This document shows positions 19,195 through 29,605 of a stretch of DNA of 64,000 nucleotides, piece after piece; the stretch's first letter is position 1, and each line of letters begins with the position of its first letter. A program made the position numbers and the translations under genes. The notes beneath the pieces are model-generated. The model saw nothing but the letters and a program-made list of their open reading frames with translations. It was not told the DNA's origin and did not search any database. Source of the stretch: an uncultured Ignavibacteria bacterium. GTDB taxonomy: Bacteria; Zixibacteria; MSB-5A5; WJJR01; JAJRUJ01. Location: positions 2,775 through 66,774 of the forward strand of contig CAYWVO010000010.1 in assembly GCA_964461835.1 (NCBI GenBank), given 5' to 3'.

Positions 19195-21033
19195 CTACGT
19201 CTTGTCGCCCTGATCCCCCGGGTGAAAATAGCTATATACCGATAGGGCCGTGCGCTTATCAACCCCGATCGCCGCCGCGAGTTCGTCTTTGCCGGCGGAG
19301 CGGATTTTGTCTACCGAACCAAAGGCAGCAAGTAATGCCTGCCGTCGTGCCGGGCCGACGCCCGGGATCTTATCGAGTTCCGATTGGATTGTCCGTTTGG
19401 TCCGCTTTTTTCGTTGATAGGTCACGGCAAAGCGGTGGGCTTCATCTCGTATTCGCTGCAACAACCGGAGGGACGGCGAGGAGCGCGGGATGGTCAACCC
19501 CCGCCGGTCCGGGAAGATTACTTCCTCCAGACGTTTGGCCAGGCCAACAATGGGTTGATCGGTAATGTTCACCGATTCCAATGCCGACAATGCCGCCGAT
19601 AACTGGCCTTTGCCCCCGTCAATCAGCACCAAATCCGGGAGTGATTTGCCTTCCTCATTGAGCCGTGAAAAATAACGCGTGACCACCTCGCGCATCATGG
19701 CGAAATCATCCTGCCCGGTCACAGTCTTGATCTGGAATTTACGATATTCACGTTTCAGCGGTTTACCATCCCGGAAATAGACCAACGCACCCACGGGATC
19801 GGCTGGTCCCAGGTTCGAAATATCAAACGCGGCAACGTGCCGCGGCGGTGTGGGCAACTGGAGATCACGCTGCAATTGAAAAACACTTTCCGGAATTTTA
19901 TGGGCGATTCGTTCCTTCTGTGCAAGTACCTCAGATAACGACAGGCGGGCATTTGCCGCCGCCATTTTGACCAACTGCATTTTCTCCCCGCGCTGCGGCA
20001 TGTAAATCTGGACTTTTTCCTGGCGTTCCTGGGATAACCACTCGGTCACCAGGTCAACTTCCGGGATGGAAAACGGCAGCAGAATTTCGCGCGGGACCAT
20101 GCGAGAGTTAAGATAGTATTGCTTGATAAACCCGGCTAGAATTTCTGGTTCTTCCTCTGTCGTGCCGGCAGAAAGCTGGAAATCCTGCCGCCCGATCATT
20201 AATCCTTCCCGCACCTGCAGGGCAATGGCGGCAACGAGGGAGCCATCCCGAGCGATGGCCAGGATGTCGCGATCGATACTCTTTCCGGCGCTGATTTTCT
20301 GTTTTTCCCGGACGGTTTCGATGGCGCGAATTTTATCGCGAAATTCGGCAGCCCGTTCATACTCCTGCGCCTCCGCCGCGCTGTTCATGCTGGCAGTCAA
20401 ATCTTCAACGACTTCCTGTCCCTTCCCCGCTAATAACCGGCAGGCGTTATCGATGAGTTTTCCATAGTCGGCTTCCGATATTTTATCCTCACACGGCCCG
20501 GGACAGCGCTTGATAAAATAATCGAGACAAACCCGGTACTTCCGCTTGCTGGGAATCGTCAAATTGCAGCCGCGAATCGTGAACACCCGGCCCAGAGTTT
20601 TCAACGTCTGCCGCATGGCCTTGACATTGGTGTACGGTCCAAAATATCGTGCCCCGTCATTGCTCACCCGGCGCACCACCAGCAGCCGCGGGAAGGGTTC
20701 GTTGGTCGTGACTTTAATATACGGATATCGTTTATCATCTTTGAGATTAACGTTATAGCGGGGTTTGTGCTCTTTGATCAGGTTGGCTTCGAGAATGAGC
20801 GATTCGATTTCATTGTCGGTAGTCACCGTATCAAAATCATCGATGCGCTGAATGAGGGCTGCGACCCGTGGGTGATCGGGGGGACGAGACTGGAAATAGG
20901 ACCGCACCCGATTGCGCAGGACCTTAGCCTTCCCCACGTAAATCACTTCCCCCTTGCTATCCTTCATCAGGTAGACTCCGGGACGATCCGGGAGGACGGC
21001 CAGTTTTTTGGTTATTTGTTCGTTGAATGCCAT
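19195..21033 (-). CDS. uvrC: Excinuclease ABC subunit C
   Basis: 612 aa. GIY-YIG N-terminus (PGVYLMKDSKGEVIYVGKAKVLRNRVRSYF), UvrB-interaction region, RNase-H-like endonuclease domain, and a C-terminal HhH (IPGVGPARRQALLAAFGSVDKIRSA). Confidence 0.95.
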   Translation of the reverse strand: MAFNEQITKKLAVLPDRPGVYLMKDSKGEVIYVGKAKVLRNRVRSYFQSRPPDHPRVAALIQRIDDFDTVTTDNEIESLILEANLIKEHKPRYNVNLKDDKRYPYIKVTTNEPFPRLLVVRRVSNDGARYFGPYTNVKAMRQTLKTLGRVFTIRGCNLTIPSKRKYRVCLDYFIKRCPGPCEDKISEADYGKLIDNACRLLAGKGQEVVEDLTASMNSAAEAQEYERAAEFRDKIRAIETVREKQKISAGKSIDRDILAIARDGSLVAAIALQVREGLMIGRQDFQLSAGTTEEEPEILAGFIKQYYLNSRMVPREILLPFSIPEVDLVTEWLSQERQEKVQIYMPQRGEKMQLVKMAAANARLSLSEVLAQKERIAHKIPESVFQLQRDLQLPTPPRHVAAFDISNLGPADPVGALVYFRDGKPLKREYRKFQIKTVTGQDDFAMMREVVTRYFSRLNEEGKSLPDLVLIDGGKGQLSAALSALESVNITDQPIVGLAKRLEEVIFPDRRGLTIPRSSPSLRLLQRIRDEAHRFAVTYQRKKRTKRTIQSELDKIPGVGPARRQALLAAFGSVDKIRSAGKDELAAAIGVDKRTALSVYSYFHPGDQGDKT

Positions 21034-21117
21034 GCCTCAGCCTTACCTACAGCGGTCTCGTCAGTTATACGCGACAAAGAACTTACGCAGCACGGGAAAG
21101 TGACAACATTGCGGACA

Positions 21118-21660
21118 TCAATCGGGTCGACGGGCGCCGCGGTAATGATCCCGGTAATAATCGTCACTCAGCGAAGAAATAGTCACGCCTTTTGACTCTG
21201 AGGCATGTACGAACTGATCATTTTCCACATAAATACCGACGTGGGATGGTGACCGGGAATCAAACGCAAAAAACACCAGATCACCAAAGCGTAACTCGTC
21301 TTGTTCAACCGGTATTCCCGATCGATACATTTTGCCGACCGACGCGGGAAGCGACCGTCCGTCGAGCTCGTAGTATGCAGCGCGCACCAGCCCCGAGCAA
21401 TCAATACCGTCAATATTCGTGCCGCCTCGCTCATACGGTGTTCCCAGATAATAGTCGATTATCCGGGCCATGCGGCGTTCATCGATTGCGGCGTTTGGAG
21501 GATTATACTCATCTTCCGGTTGTGTATCGGCTATCACCGGCCGCTCATCACCGACTTCGTTGGAATAGCGGGGGTACGCCCGACAACCAACAACGGAAGT
21601 ACAGATCACCACACCGAGCACCACGATAACACCGGATAGCGTGAAAGTCTGATCGTTCAT
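21118..21660 (-). CDS. NlpC/P60 family cell-wall peptidase
   Basis: N-terminal TM/signal. GGTNIDGIDCSGLVRAAY (catalytic Cys) and SHVGIYVENDQFVHAS (His). Confidence 0.88.
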   Translation of the reverse strand: MNDQTFTLSGVIVVLGVVICTSVVGCRAYPRYSNEVGDERPVIADTQPEDEYNPPNAAIDERRMARIIDYYLGTPYERGGTNIDGIDCSGLVRAAYYELDGRSLPASVGKMYRSGIPVEQDELRFGDLVFFAFDSRSPSHVGIYVENDQFVHASESKGVTISSLSDDYYRDHYRGARRPD

Positions 21661-21677
21661 ATCTGCCCCCTGCGAAT

Positions 21678-22634
21678 TTACGGATAGCGGATGTCAAATC
21701 GCCGTCTGTAATACCACCGCGTAAATCCGAACAACCCTGCCAATATAAGAAAATACGGCCAAAATGAGAGGCAAGCGAAAAACGAAAGAACTATCAGCGG
21801 GATACGCACGGCCCAGGTCATCGCCGCCGAAGACCGTAACGATATTGAATATCCGGGAAGAGCGCAGGCGGCAGTGATCGCCAATGGTAACTGGGCGTTC
21901 ATTATTGCCAGAATTCCCGTGACGACCAGGAAGAGGGTGGCCATCAGGCCGGTCGTGAACGGCCCCCACACGACAGCGATTGTCCGGGCCCCGGTGGCCC
22001 GATCACCCGCCACGTCGGGGACAGTCGTCAAGAGATAAATGCTCGCCACGGCGAAGGCGTAGCCCAGAGACCGAACGGGATCAGGCATGGCGCCGGGGCT
22101 GGTCAGAAACACTCCGCAGTAATATACTAATGTCCCATGACCAAGGGCATTCGCCAGTACCGCTGGCCACGCCTGGCGTTTCAACCGGATCGGGCGGGCG
22201 GAATAGAGAACACCCAGAATTGCCGCCAACAGTACGCACAGCAGCCAGCCGGTGCCCAAAAAGACTCCTGTGGTCAAACCGGCCAGGAGATAGACGATAT
22301 ACTGGACGAAAGCGCTGCGCACAGCGATGATGCCTCGTGGCAGAAAATAGAGTTTTTCATTCTGCCGATCGGATTCAACATCAGTGATCTGATTGAGAAT
22401 ATAGGCGGCACCGGCGACACAATACGCCGAGCACAAACCCACCCAGATTCGCCAATTGGAGGGGGCAAGAACATTCCAAAGAAAACTGCCGTCTCTCTGT
22501 TCCCCAGCGGCGAGCAGGAGAATCGTCCACACCGGCGGCATCAGGATCGGCCGGGAAAAAAACCAATAATCGAGCAGGTGTAACCAGGAATCATGTTGTC
22601 GGATGGACGGTGCACTTGGTCGAGATGAACACAT
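21678..22634 (-). CDS. UbiA-family aromatic/isoprenoid prenyltransferase (substrate unknown)
   Basis: 318 aa, about 8 TM. First Asp-rich motif LNQITDVESDRQNEK (N...D...D). It sits directly downstream of cdsA on the minus strand. Confidence 0.75.
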   Translation of the reverse strand: MCSSRPSAPSIRQHDSWLHLLDYWFFSRPILMPPVWTILLLAAGEQRDGSFLWNVLAPSNWRIWVGLCSAYCVAGAAYILNQITDVESDRQNEKLYFLPRGIIAVRSAFVQYIVYLLAGLTTGVFLGTGWLLCVLLAAILGVLYSARPIRLKRQAWPAVLANALGHGTLVYYCGVFLTSPGAMPDPVRSLGYAFAVASIYLLTTVPDVAGDRATGARTIAVVWGPFTTGLMATLFLVVTGILAIMNAQLPLAITAACALPGYSISLRSSAAMTWAVRIPLIVLSFFACLSFWPYFLILAGLFGFTRWYYRRRFDIRYP

Positions 22635-22636
22635 CG

Positions 22637-23560
22637 CTAAATAAATCCGTACACGAACAACCGCAGCAGAATATACAGTAGAGGCGCCGCGAAGAGAATT
22701 GAGTCAAAACGATCCAGCACCCCGCCGTGGCCGGGGATAATTGACGACATATCTTTGACCCCGAAGCGACGTTTTACCAGGGACTCAAAGAGATCACCGA
22801 GTTGCCCGATACCCGCCAAGGCCGCGGCGAAGAGGATTATTCTCAACGGCGACGTGGGCAACCAGTCGAGCAAGACAAACACAATTCCCACGAGTATACC
22901 ACCGGCAAAACCGGCCCAAAAACCGACCCAGGTCTTATTGGGGGACACTACGGGCGCAAACGGTATTTTGCCCCAGCGGGAACCGGCGAACAACGCACTG
23001 GTATCGGTGACCCAGATAACCCCAAACAAGAAATACAACCAGCGGGCACCCTCCAGGTGGGAACCGAAATGACGAAGCGTGACCAGGGAGCCATACGCCA
23101 GTCCGACATAAATCACCAAAGCGATCAATTCAAAATAATCGGCTTCATCGCTCAGCGGTTTGGCATGCCGGGTATTGAAAAAGGCGCCGAGGAAAAAGAC
23201 CACAAAGATCCAGGGAGCGACCCAGCTCCACAAGTGGAAATGGAACAACAACGGCGGAATCAGCGCCAGTTGCAGAAATGACCACCACTGGACATCATGG
23301 TTTCGCTGACGATATAATTGTTTGATTTCAATCGTGGATAGAAGTACCAGAAGCTCGACAAAAACAGTCCACCACCATCCCCCGCGATAGATCAAAAAGA
23401 GGATGAGTGGAATCCCCACTACCGAGACAGCAACACGGATCAGGATGTTCTGCGGACCGGGACTCATGGGTTGGGGTTCCCCGATAGTGCGGCATGTCGG
23501 GTTTCTTGTCCCGCCAGGCGGGACGGCGGCACCCGACTTACGTCTATCCCTGCTACCCAA
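22637..23560 (-). CDS. cdsA: Phosphatidate cytidylyltransferase
   Basis: C-terminal signature SLVKRRFGVKDMSSIIPGHGGVLDRFDSILFAAP. Multi-pass. The TTG at 23560 may be an over-extension; ATG 23467 (MSPGPQNILIRV...) is an alternative start. Confidence 0.9.
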   Translation of the reverse strand: MGSRDRRKSGAAVPPGGTRNPTCRTIGEPQPMSPGPQNILIRVAVSVVGIPLILFLIYRGGWWWTVFVELLVLLSTIEIKQLYRQRNHDVQWWSFLQLALIPPLLFHFHLWSWVAPWIFVVFFLGAFFNTRHAKPLSDEADYFELIALVIYVGLAYGSLVTLRHFGSHLEGARWLYFLFGVIWVTDTSALFAGSRWGKIPFAPVVSPNKTWVGFWAGFAGGILVGIVFVLLDWLPTSPLRIILFAAALAGIGQLGDLFESLVKRRFGVKDMSSIIPGHGGVLDRFDSILFAAPLLYILLRLFVYGFI

Positions 23561-23583
23561 TGCTCATGAGACATGGCGGTGAG

Positions 23584-24351
23584 TTACCGCTTTTTTTTCG
23601 TTGAAGGTACCCGGCCGAACCGGCGCTCGCGGTTTTGGTATTCTTCGAGCGCCGCAAAAAAATCTTCGCGGTCGAAATCCGGCCAGAGCGTTTCGGTGAT
23701 ATACAATTCGGTATACGAAGTTTGCCAGAGGAGAAAATTGGAAAGTCGGTACTCCCCGGAGGTGCGGATCAATAAATCCGGGTCGGGCAGCCCGTCGGTC
23801 TGCAAATGTTGGGCGAAAGTTTCTTCGGTGATATCTTTCAACGCCATTTTGCGGCGGGAGACCAGCGAGGCGATCTCTTTGACCGCGTGGATGATTTCGG
23901 AGCGGCCACTGTAATTGAGTGCCAGATTTAAGATTAATCCGGTGTTGTCCCGCGTGAGGTCCATCGCCTCCTGCAGGATTTTCCGTCGCCGTGGTGACAG
24001 GCCGTTCAAATCCCCGGAGGCGGTGAGTCGAATGTTGTTTTCGCGCATTTCCCGCATCTCGCGCTTGGTGGTCTCGTACAAGAGATGCATGATTGCGGCG
24101 ACTTCGACCCGGGGTCGCCGCCAGTTTTCGGTGGAGAATGCGTAGAGTGTCAGGGCATTAATGCCGGCCTCGATCGCCGCCGTCACCGTCCGTTTGACCG
24201 CCTTAACCCCCTCCCGATGGCCGGCGGTCCGGGGTTTGCCGCGCCGTTTGGCCCAGCGGCCGTTGCCGTCCATGATAATGGCCACATGCCGGGGTAAGTT
24301 CCCGCGTCGCAGGACCCGTTGGAGCAGACGATCAGCGGACCCGGCCGGCAT
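23584..24351 (-). CDS. uppS: Undecaprenyl (isoprenyl) diphosphate synthase
   Basis: HVAIIMDGNGRWA, FSTENWRRP, IRTSGEYRLSNFLLWQ, ERRFG. Confidence 0.95.
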   Translation of the reverse strand: MPAGSADRLLQRVLRRGNLPRHVAIIMDGNGRWAKRRGKPRTAGHREGVKAVKRTVTAAIEAGINALTLYAFSTENWRRPRVEVAAIMHLLYETTKREMREMRENNIRLTASGDLNGLSPRRRKILQEAMDLTRDNTGLILNLALNYSGRSEIIHAVKEIASLVSRRKMALKDITEETFAQHLQTDGLPDPDLLIRTSGEYRLSNFLLWQTSYTELYITETLWPDFDREDFFAALEEYQNRERRFGRVPSTKKKR

Positions 24352-24353
24352 CG

Positions 24354-24911
24354 TTAGACCTCCATGATTTCCTTTTCTTTGTGTTCCAGGATTTCATCCA
24401 GTTTTTTGATAAAATCATCCGTCAGTTCCTGGACTTTATCGGCGGTCCGGTGCTGCTCATCTTCGGAGATTTCCTTGGCCTTTTCCGCCTTTTTCAACTG
24501 GTCGTTCGCGTCCCGGCGAATATTACGGATAGCGACCCGGCCCTCCTCCACGGTATTCTTAATCTGCTTAACCAGATCCTTGCGCCGGTCTTCGGTCAGG
24601 GGCGGGATCGGCAGGCGGATCACGTTGCCCTCCGCCACCGGGTTCAGCCCCAGATCGGAGCGCATGATGGTTTTAACAATCTCCGGGACCATTTTCTTCT
24701 CCCACGGCTGAATCACGATCAGGCGGGGTTCGGGCACGGAGATGGTCGCGGCCTGGTTAATCGGCACCATATTGGTATAATAGTCGACTTTGATCCCGTC
24801 CAACAGCGAGGGTGAGGCTTTTCCGCTGCGGACCCGGGCCAGTTCCCGCGCGGTGGCATCGACTGATTTTTGCATTCTCTCTTTGGCTTCACGCAACACA
24901 TCGTCGGCCAT
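24354..24911 (-). CDS. frr: Ribosome recycling factor
   Basis: 185 aa starting at ATG 24911 (MADDVLREAKERMQKSVDATARELARVRSGKASPSLLDGIKVDYY...). The 274-aa track ORF (to 25178) is an in-frame upstream extension that would overlap the neighbouring gene and its terminator. Confidence 0.93.
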   Translation of the reverse strand: MADDVLREAKERMQKSVDATARELARVRSGKASPSLLDGIKVDYYTNMVPINQAATISVPEPRLIVIQPWEKKMVPEIVKTIMRSDLGLNPVAEGNVIRLPIPPLTEDRRKDLVKQIKNTVEEGRVAIRNIRRDANDQLKKAEKAKEISEDEQHRTADKVQELTDDFIKKLDEILEHKEKEIMEV

Positions 24912-25030
24912 GGCAACTCCTTTCGACTGGTTCACAGTCAACACAGACGCTTCTGGCTCCTGCATTATGGACGGCCCCTCCCGTAGGGTCAAGGGAAATG
25001 TCGGGGGACCGGGAATACGGCCCCCGTGGG

Positions 25031-25061
25031 AAGAAAAAGCCGGGAGGGTCTGCCTCCCGGC
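25031..25061 (-). terminator. Rho-independent terminator of the TSP3/dockerin gene
   Basis: Minus-strand RNA reads GCCGGGAGG-CAGAC-CCUCCCGGC (perfect 9-bp stem), followed by UUUUUCUU. It lies 29 nt after the stop at 25090. Confidence 0.75.
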
Positions 25062-25089
25062 CGGTATTTTACGTGTTTGGAGAGGTTGC

Positions 25090-26709
25090 TCACGGACAGG
25101 GATCGCAGAGAGCATCCTGGCTTTGGTAGACAAACGCAACCAAATACTGTACATCCAGAGGATCAACGCCGTCGTCACAGTTCACATCCCCGACCTCATA
25201 CAGGCAGGCTGTTTGCAGACAACGCGCATCTTGACCTTGATAAATATATTTGACCAAGAACTGTACATCGAGTGGATCGACTCCGAGATCGCAATTCGTA
25301 TCGCCCCAGACCCCGCACTGACATTCATCGCAGGCATCACCGAAACCATCGCCGTCCGAATCAACTTGATCGGGATTTTCAATATTTGGGCAGTTGTCGC
25401 AGGCAGAGCCGATACCATCGGAATCAGGATCGTCCTGGTTGGGATTCACAACGTCGGGGCAGTTATCGCAGGCATCGCCCAATTGATCGCCGTCCGAATC
25501 AGTTTGATTGGTATTCCAAACTGACGGACAGTTGTCGCAGACATCCCCGGCACCATCACCATCACTATCCTCTTGGCCGACATTGGGCATTAGTACACAA
25601 TTGTCAAGATCATTTAATATACCGTCGTTATCGACGTCATCTGAAATAAGCAGTTGTATTTCATGCGATTCCCACGACCCCCAATCGGCATCGCCGGATT
25701 GAATGCTGTACCAGCTATCACTTATCCCGAAATATACGGACGAACCCTCTACCGCACCCTCGTCACGAACCGTAAATATATCATCTCCATAAACATGAAC
25801 AACAAAAGAACCACCGGTCGAAACAGTTGTTTGCCCGCATAGTGTTCCTTGCTCATCGTATGCCGAAAGAATTGACCCCGCAGGAGGATTCGAAGGGGCG
25901 CCTGCCGACCAAAAATCACAGACCCAGGGAGTAGGGATTATCTCCTCGCCCACGGTGTTGGGATTATTGCCGACAATGGAAGGTAACACAGTATTCCCCA
26001 CCGTGGTTGGGTAAGTCAATTCGGTCGCGGTGCCTACCCATATGTAATACCCATAACCTGTTCTGAGATCGACAAGGTCATTTAGATTGCCTGGTCGCAA
26101 AGTATCGTAGGAGCGGGCGCCATTCTCGCAATCAAAACCAAAAACAAGGTTATAATTCCCTTGAATCGGTGAGAGGGCATGTTGCAGATTGTCCGGCGGA
26201 TTGAGGTAGGAGACCATATTTATCCCGGCGCAAAGTCGGATGGTTATCCCGGCGGTAGCTGATCCTCCGAATACGCCCCCACTATTTACGAGATATCCGT
26301 GCATGTTATCAACCAATTGTAAGTCATTGAGTTCGTCGGGGCGCGCCTGATCCCAGCTCACCCACCCAATGTCACAGATGATCGTACTGATGTAAGTGAC
26401 ATTGTATGCGTTGGCCATGCTCTCTACTAGGGCAATTCCGGAACCAAAATTGGCCGAGATCAGCGACCAATAGCAGTACTCGGAACTTGTCACCGCGCTA
26501 TTCGCCGTTAGGGAGAATTGACTGAGAGCAGTCGCATCCCAATCTGAGCTCGCCGAAATCTCGGACTTCGCCAATTCTGACGTCGTTTCTTTGGGATGCT
26601 CTGCAACTATTTTTTTGGGGAGTTCATCGCCCAATGCACCATACGCAACGCATACCGCAATTACAAGATTACCAAGGAACCAACCCAGATAACGGGGACT
26701 GTTGTACAC
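25090..26709 (-). CDS. Membrane-anchored/secreted protein with thrombospondin type-3 (DxDxDGxxDxxD) repeats and C-terminal dockerin
   Basis: GTG start with a GGGGGAG SD. N-terminal [25 protein letters not shown]3-like repeats [15 protein letters not shown] / [15 protein letters not shown] / [13 protein letters not shown] / [12 protein letters not shown] (25324..25641). Dockerin repeats [22 protein letters not shown] and [22 protein letters not shown] (25093..25323). Confidence 0.8.
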   Translation of the reverse strand: MYNSPRYLGWFLGNLVIAVCVAYGALGDELPKKIVAEHPKETTSELAKSEISASSDWDATALSQFSLTANSAVTSSEYCYWSLISANFGSGIALVESMANAYNVTYISTIICDIGWVSWDQARPDELNDLQLVDNMHGYLVNSGGVFGGSATAGITIRLCAGINMVSYLNPPDNLQHALSPIQGNYNLVFGFDCENGARSYDTLRPGNLNDLVDLRTGYGYYIWVGTATELTYPTTVGNTVLPSIVGNNPNTVGEEIIPTPWVCDFWSAGAPSNPPAGSILSAYDEQGTLCGQTTVSTGGSFVVHVYGDDIFTVRDEGAVEGSSVYFGISDSWYSIQSGDADWGSWESHEIQLLISDDVDNDGILNDLDNCVLMPNVGQEDSDGDGAGDVCDNCPSVWNTNQTDSDGDQLGDACDNCPDVVNPNQDDPDSDGIGSACDNCPNIENPDQVDSDGDGFGDACDECQCGVWGDTNCDLGVDPLDVQFLVKYIYQGQDARCLQTACLYEVGDVNCDDGVDPLDVQYLVAFVYQSQDALCDPCP

Positions 26710-26754
26710 AATATTCTCCCCCGAGTCGTGGTAAGTTATTCTTCTATTTGTTGT

Positions 26755-26784
26755 AAGCTAATGGATTGTGTGCGGTATTGTCAA
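26755..26784 (-). promoter_or_regulatory. Putative sigma70-type promoter of the TSP3/dockerin gene
   Basis: On the minus strand: perfect TTGACA (26784..26779), 18-nt spacer, TAGCTT (26760..26755), about 45 nt upstream of the GTG at 26709. Confidence 0.3.
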
Positions 26785-26914
26785 CCTTCTTCGACATTCT
26801 CTCAGGTGCGGGTTCTGTCAAGGGTCCTGTGTAAATTGGTCCTTGGGCATATCCGGGTTTTGATCCGCCATAGAACCGGTGGACAAGTTCAATGCGTTGG
26901 AGGACCAACAATTT

Positions 26915-27631
26915 TTAAGTGGTAACCAGCGTCCCCACCTGCTCGCCACAAATCACTTTGGCCAGGTTGCCGGGCGTGAAGAGATTGAAGACAATAATCG
27001 GGATATCATTTTCGCGACAGAGAGTCGCGGCGGTGGCATCCATAACTTGAAGTCCCTGTTGCAGGACTTCTGTGTGGGTCAGTTGATCGAACTTCGTTGC
27101 TTGGGGATCGATTTTAGGATCGGCGGAGTAGACACCATCGACTTTGGTGGCTTTCAATACCACATCGCAGCCAATCTCAGCGGCGCGGAGCGCGGCAGCG
27201 GTGTCGGTGGAGAAAAACGGTCGGCCGGTACCGGCGGCCAGGATCACGAGGCGTCCTTTTTCCATATGCCGTATTGCGCGTCGCCGGATATACGGTTCGG
27301 CGACTTCATCAATGTGAAGTGCGGTCAGCACCCGCACTTCCAGACCGGCCCGTTCCGCGGCCTGTTGCAGAGCCATGCCGTTGATCACGGTGCTGAGCAT
27401 GCCCATATAATCCGCGGTCGCGCGGTCGAATCCTTTTTTCGCCGCAGTGATACCGCGAATAAGGTTCCCGCCGCCTACCACGACAGAGAGCTGGACATCC
27501 ATGGCCAGGACGCCCTGAATTTCCCTGACCAATGTGCCGAGGATTTTGGTGTCAACGCCATGGCCGGCCGGTCCGGCGAGCGCCTCGCCGGAGATCTTCA
27601 GGCAGACCCGCTGGTATTTGGGCGTGGCCAT
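26915..27631 (-). CDS. pyrH: UMP kinase
   Basis: [61 protein letters not shown]. Confidence 0.95.
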   Translation of the reverse strand: MATPKYQRVCLKISGEALAGPAGHGVDTKILGTLVREIQGVLAMDVQLSVVVGGGNLIRGITAAKKGFDRATADYMGMLSTVINGMALQQAAERAGLEVRVLTALHIDEVAEPYIRRRAIRHMEKGRLVILAAGTGRPFFSTDTAAALRAAEIGCDVVLKATKVDGVYSADPKIDPQATKFDQLTHTEVLQQGLQVMDATAATLCRENDIPIIVFNLFTPGNLAKVICGEQVGTLVTT

Positions 27632-27643
27632 AGAGGCGACTTC

Positions 27644-28240
27644 TTATTCTTCGCCGATCTGGAAGCGAACAAACCGGCCGATTGAGATATTCTCTCCAAG
27701 CTTGGCGATCACTTCATTGAGCAAGTCAGTGATGGTGCGATCCTGATCTTTAATGAAAGGCTGTTCCAGCAAGCAGTGTTCGCCATAAAACTTTTCCAAG
27801 CGTCCGGAAACGATTTTTTCCACGACCTTTTCCGGTTTGCCCTCATTAAGCGCCTGGGTCTTGTAAATTTCTTTTTCTTTGGCGACTACGTCTTCGGGCA
27901 TATCTTCCCGCCGTACCGCGGTGGGATTGGCTGCCGCGACCTGCATGGCAATGTCTTTGGCCAGGGCACGAAAATCATCGGTGCGCGCCACGAAGTCGGT
28001 TTCACAGTTGATCTCGACCAGGGTGCCGAGTTTGTCACCCGGATGGATGTACGAATAGATGACCCCTTCTGAGGTTGCCCGTCCGGCCTTTTTCGCAGCT
28101 TTGGTGATCCCTTTTTCCCGCAGATATTCGGTTGCTTTTTCAATGTCGCCGCCGGTCTCGGTGAGCGCCTGCTTGCAATCCATCATTCCCGCACCGGTCT
28201 TTTCCCGGAGCTCTTTGACTTTCGTCGCACTAATCGTCAT
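27644..28240 (-). CDS. tsf: Translation elongation factor Ts (short form)
   Basis: UBA-like N-terminus [38 protein letters not shown], then [22 protein letters not shown]. Confidence 0.95.
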   Translation of the reverse strand: MTISATKVKELREKTGAGMMDCKQALTETGGDIEKATEYLREKGITKAAKKAGRATSEGVIYSYIHPGDKLGTLVEINCETDFVARTDDFRALAKDIAMQVAAANPTAVRREDMPEDVVAKEKEIYKTQALNEGKPEKVVEKIVSGRLEKFYGEHCLLEQPFIKDQDRTITDLLNEVIAKLGENISIGRFVRFQIGEE

Positions 28241-28271
28241 TTGCCGTAACCTCTATGCTGACCTGGAAGCA

Positions 28272-29051
28272 TTATCGTTCCTGGGTGGTGGCGGTTTTTG
28301 CCGGACGTGGTCGGGCGGAGCGGCTGGCTGCGGCCGCTGCTTCTTTTTTCGCCTCATCCTGTTCCTTCTGCCGTTGAGCGCCTCCCTCTTCCGCGGCGTC
28401 GGCAATGGCCTGCGTAATAATGCGAATCGATTTGATCGCATCATCGTTGCCCGCGATCGGATACGAAATTTCGGTCGGATCCGCATTGGTATCGACAATG
28501 GCCACGGTGGGAATACCCAGTTTGACCGCTTCGGCCACCGCAATCTTTTCTTTCTTAGCGTCGACGACATACACCAGGCCCGGCAGCCGGTTCATATCCT
28601 TAATACCGCCGAGTGCGTTGTTGAGCTTGCCGACTTCCCGCTCGATCCGCAGGCGTTCTTTTTTCGTTAACTTCTCAACGGTGCCGTCTTCCTGCATTTG
28701 CTCCAGATCGCGGAGCCGCTTAATCGACTGGCGAATCGTCTGGTAGTTGGTCATCATCCCGCCCAGCCAGCGTTCAGTCACATAGAATTGCCCACAACGC
28801 ACCGCTTCGGCCTTCACCACTTCCTTGGCCTGCATTTTTGTGCCGACAAACAAAATCGGCGCTCCGGAAGCGGCCACTTCCCGTACTTTATTTTGCGCCG
28901 TCTGGATAGCTTTCAGCGTCTTTTGCAGGTCGATAATGTAGATGCCATTGCGAGCCGTGAAGATATACGGCTTCATCCGCGGGTTCCAGCGCCGTGTTTG
29001 ATGTCCAAAGTGTACGCCGGCTTCGAGGAGCGCACGGAGATCGGGATTCAC
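28272..29051 (-). CDS. rpsB: 30S ribosomal protein S2
   Basis: [24 protein letters not shown]...[10 protein letters not shown]...[26 protein letters not shown]. Lys/Ala-rich C-terminal tail. Confidence 0.96.
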   Translation of the reverse strand: MNPDLRALLEAGVHFGHQTRRWNPRMKPYIFTARNGIYIIDLQKTLKAIQTAQNKVREVAASGAPILFVGTKMQAKEVVKAEAVRCGQFYVTERWLGGMMTNYQTIRQSIKRLRDLEQMQEDGTVEKLTKKERLRIEREVGKLNNALGGIKDMNRLPGLVYVVDAKKEKIAVAEAVKLGIPTVAIVDTNADPTEISYPIAGNDDAIKSIRIITQAIADAAEEGGAQRQKEQDEAKKEAAAAASRSARPRPAKTATTQER

Positions 29052-29182
29052 GAAGAACTCCTTTCGGTTAATCCTCCACCGGAATCATCCTCAGCGTCTC
29101 GGGTACTGCCCGACCGTCGCCTCGTCTCCCGGTGTGTGTGATTTCGCGGTTGCTGACCGCGTGGCCGTCTGGTTCCGGACAA

Positions 29183-29596
29183 TTAGCGCTTCGAATACTG
29201 GAAGCGTTTCCGGGCCTTGACCTGACCGTACTTTTTCCGTTCGACTTCACGGGCGTCCCGCGTGAGAAAACCCGCGCGTTTTAATTTGGGCCGGTAATCG
29301 GGATCGAGCTCCACCAGGGCACGCGACAGACCCAACAGAATGGCGCCGGCCTGACCGCCGAGCCCGCCACCGTTGGATTTGCACACGATATCCAGCTTGC
29401 CCAGTTGATCCACGATGCGCAGCGGCTGTTCGACCACCATCACCAATGTCTCCCGACAAAGGTATTCCGCGAGCGGCTTGTCGTTGACGGTGAACTTGCC
29501 GTCCCCGGGGGCAATTGACACGCGCGCGGTGGCTTCTTTCCGTCGTCCGGTTCCTTGATATGTTTCAACTGCCAACTGATAACTCCCTATCTGCAC
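29183..29596 (-). CDS. rpsI: 30S ribosomal protein S9
   Basis: [12 protein letters not shown]...[19 protein letters not shown]...[27 protein letters not shown]. Confidence 0.95.
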   Translation of the reverse strand: MQIGSYQLAVETYQGTGRRKEATARVSIAPGDGKFTVNDKPLAEYLCRETLVMVVEQPLRIVDQLGKLDIVCKSNGGGLGGQAGAILLGLSRALVELDPDYRPKLKRAGFLTRDAREVERKKYGQVKARKRFQYSKR

Positions 29597-29605
29597 ACAC
29601 GATAT

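Noticed and set aside
24912-25178. N-terminal 89-aa extension of the frr ORF (track ORF 24354..25178)
   Set aside because: Ribosome recycling factors are about 185 aa, and the conserved sequence starts at the ATG at 24911. The extension is Pro/Arg/Gly-rich. It would overlap the stop of gene 25090..26709 and run through its terminator hairpin.
25324-25641. Periodic ~45-nt DNA repeats that could be mistaken for a repeat array
   Set aside because: They lie in-frame within a continuous ORF and encode DSDGDG..D.CDNCP thrombospondin type-3 units. There are no unique spacers and no non-coding context, so this is not CRISPR.
26879-27685. 268-aa plus-strand ORF
   Set aside because: It is antisense to pyrH, which is unambiguous (KISGEAL, GGGN motifs).
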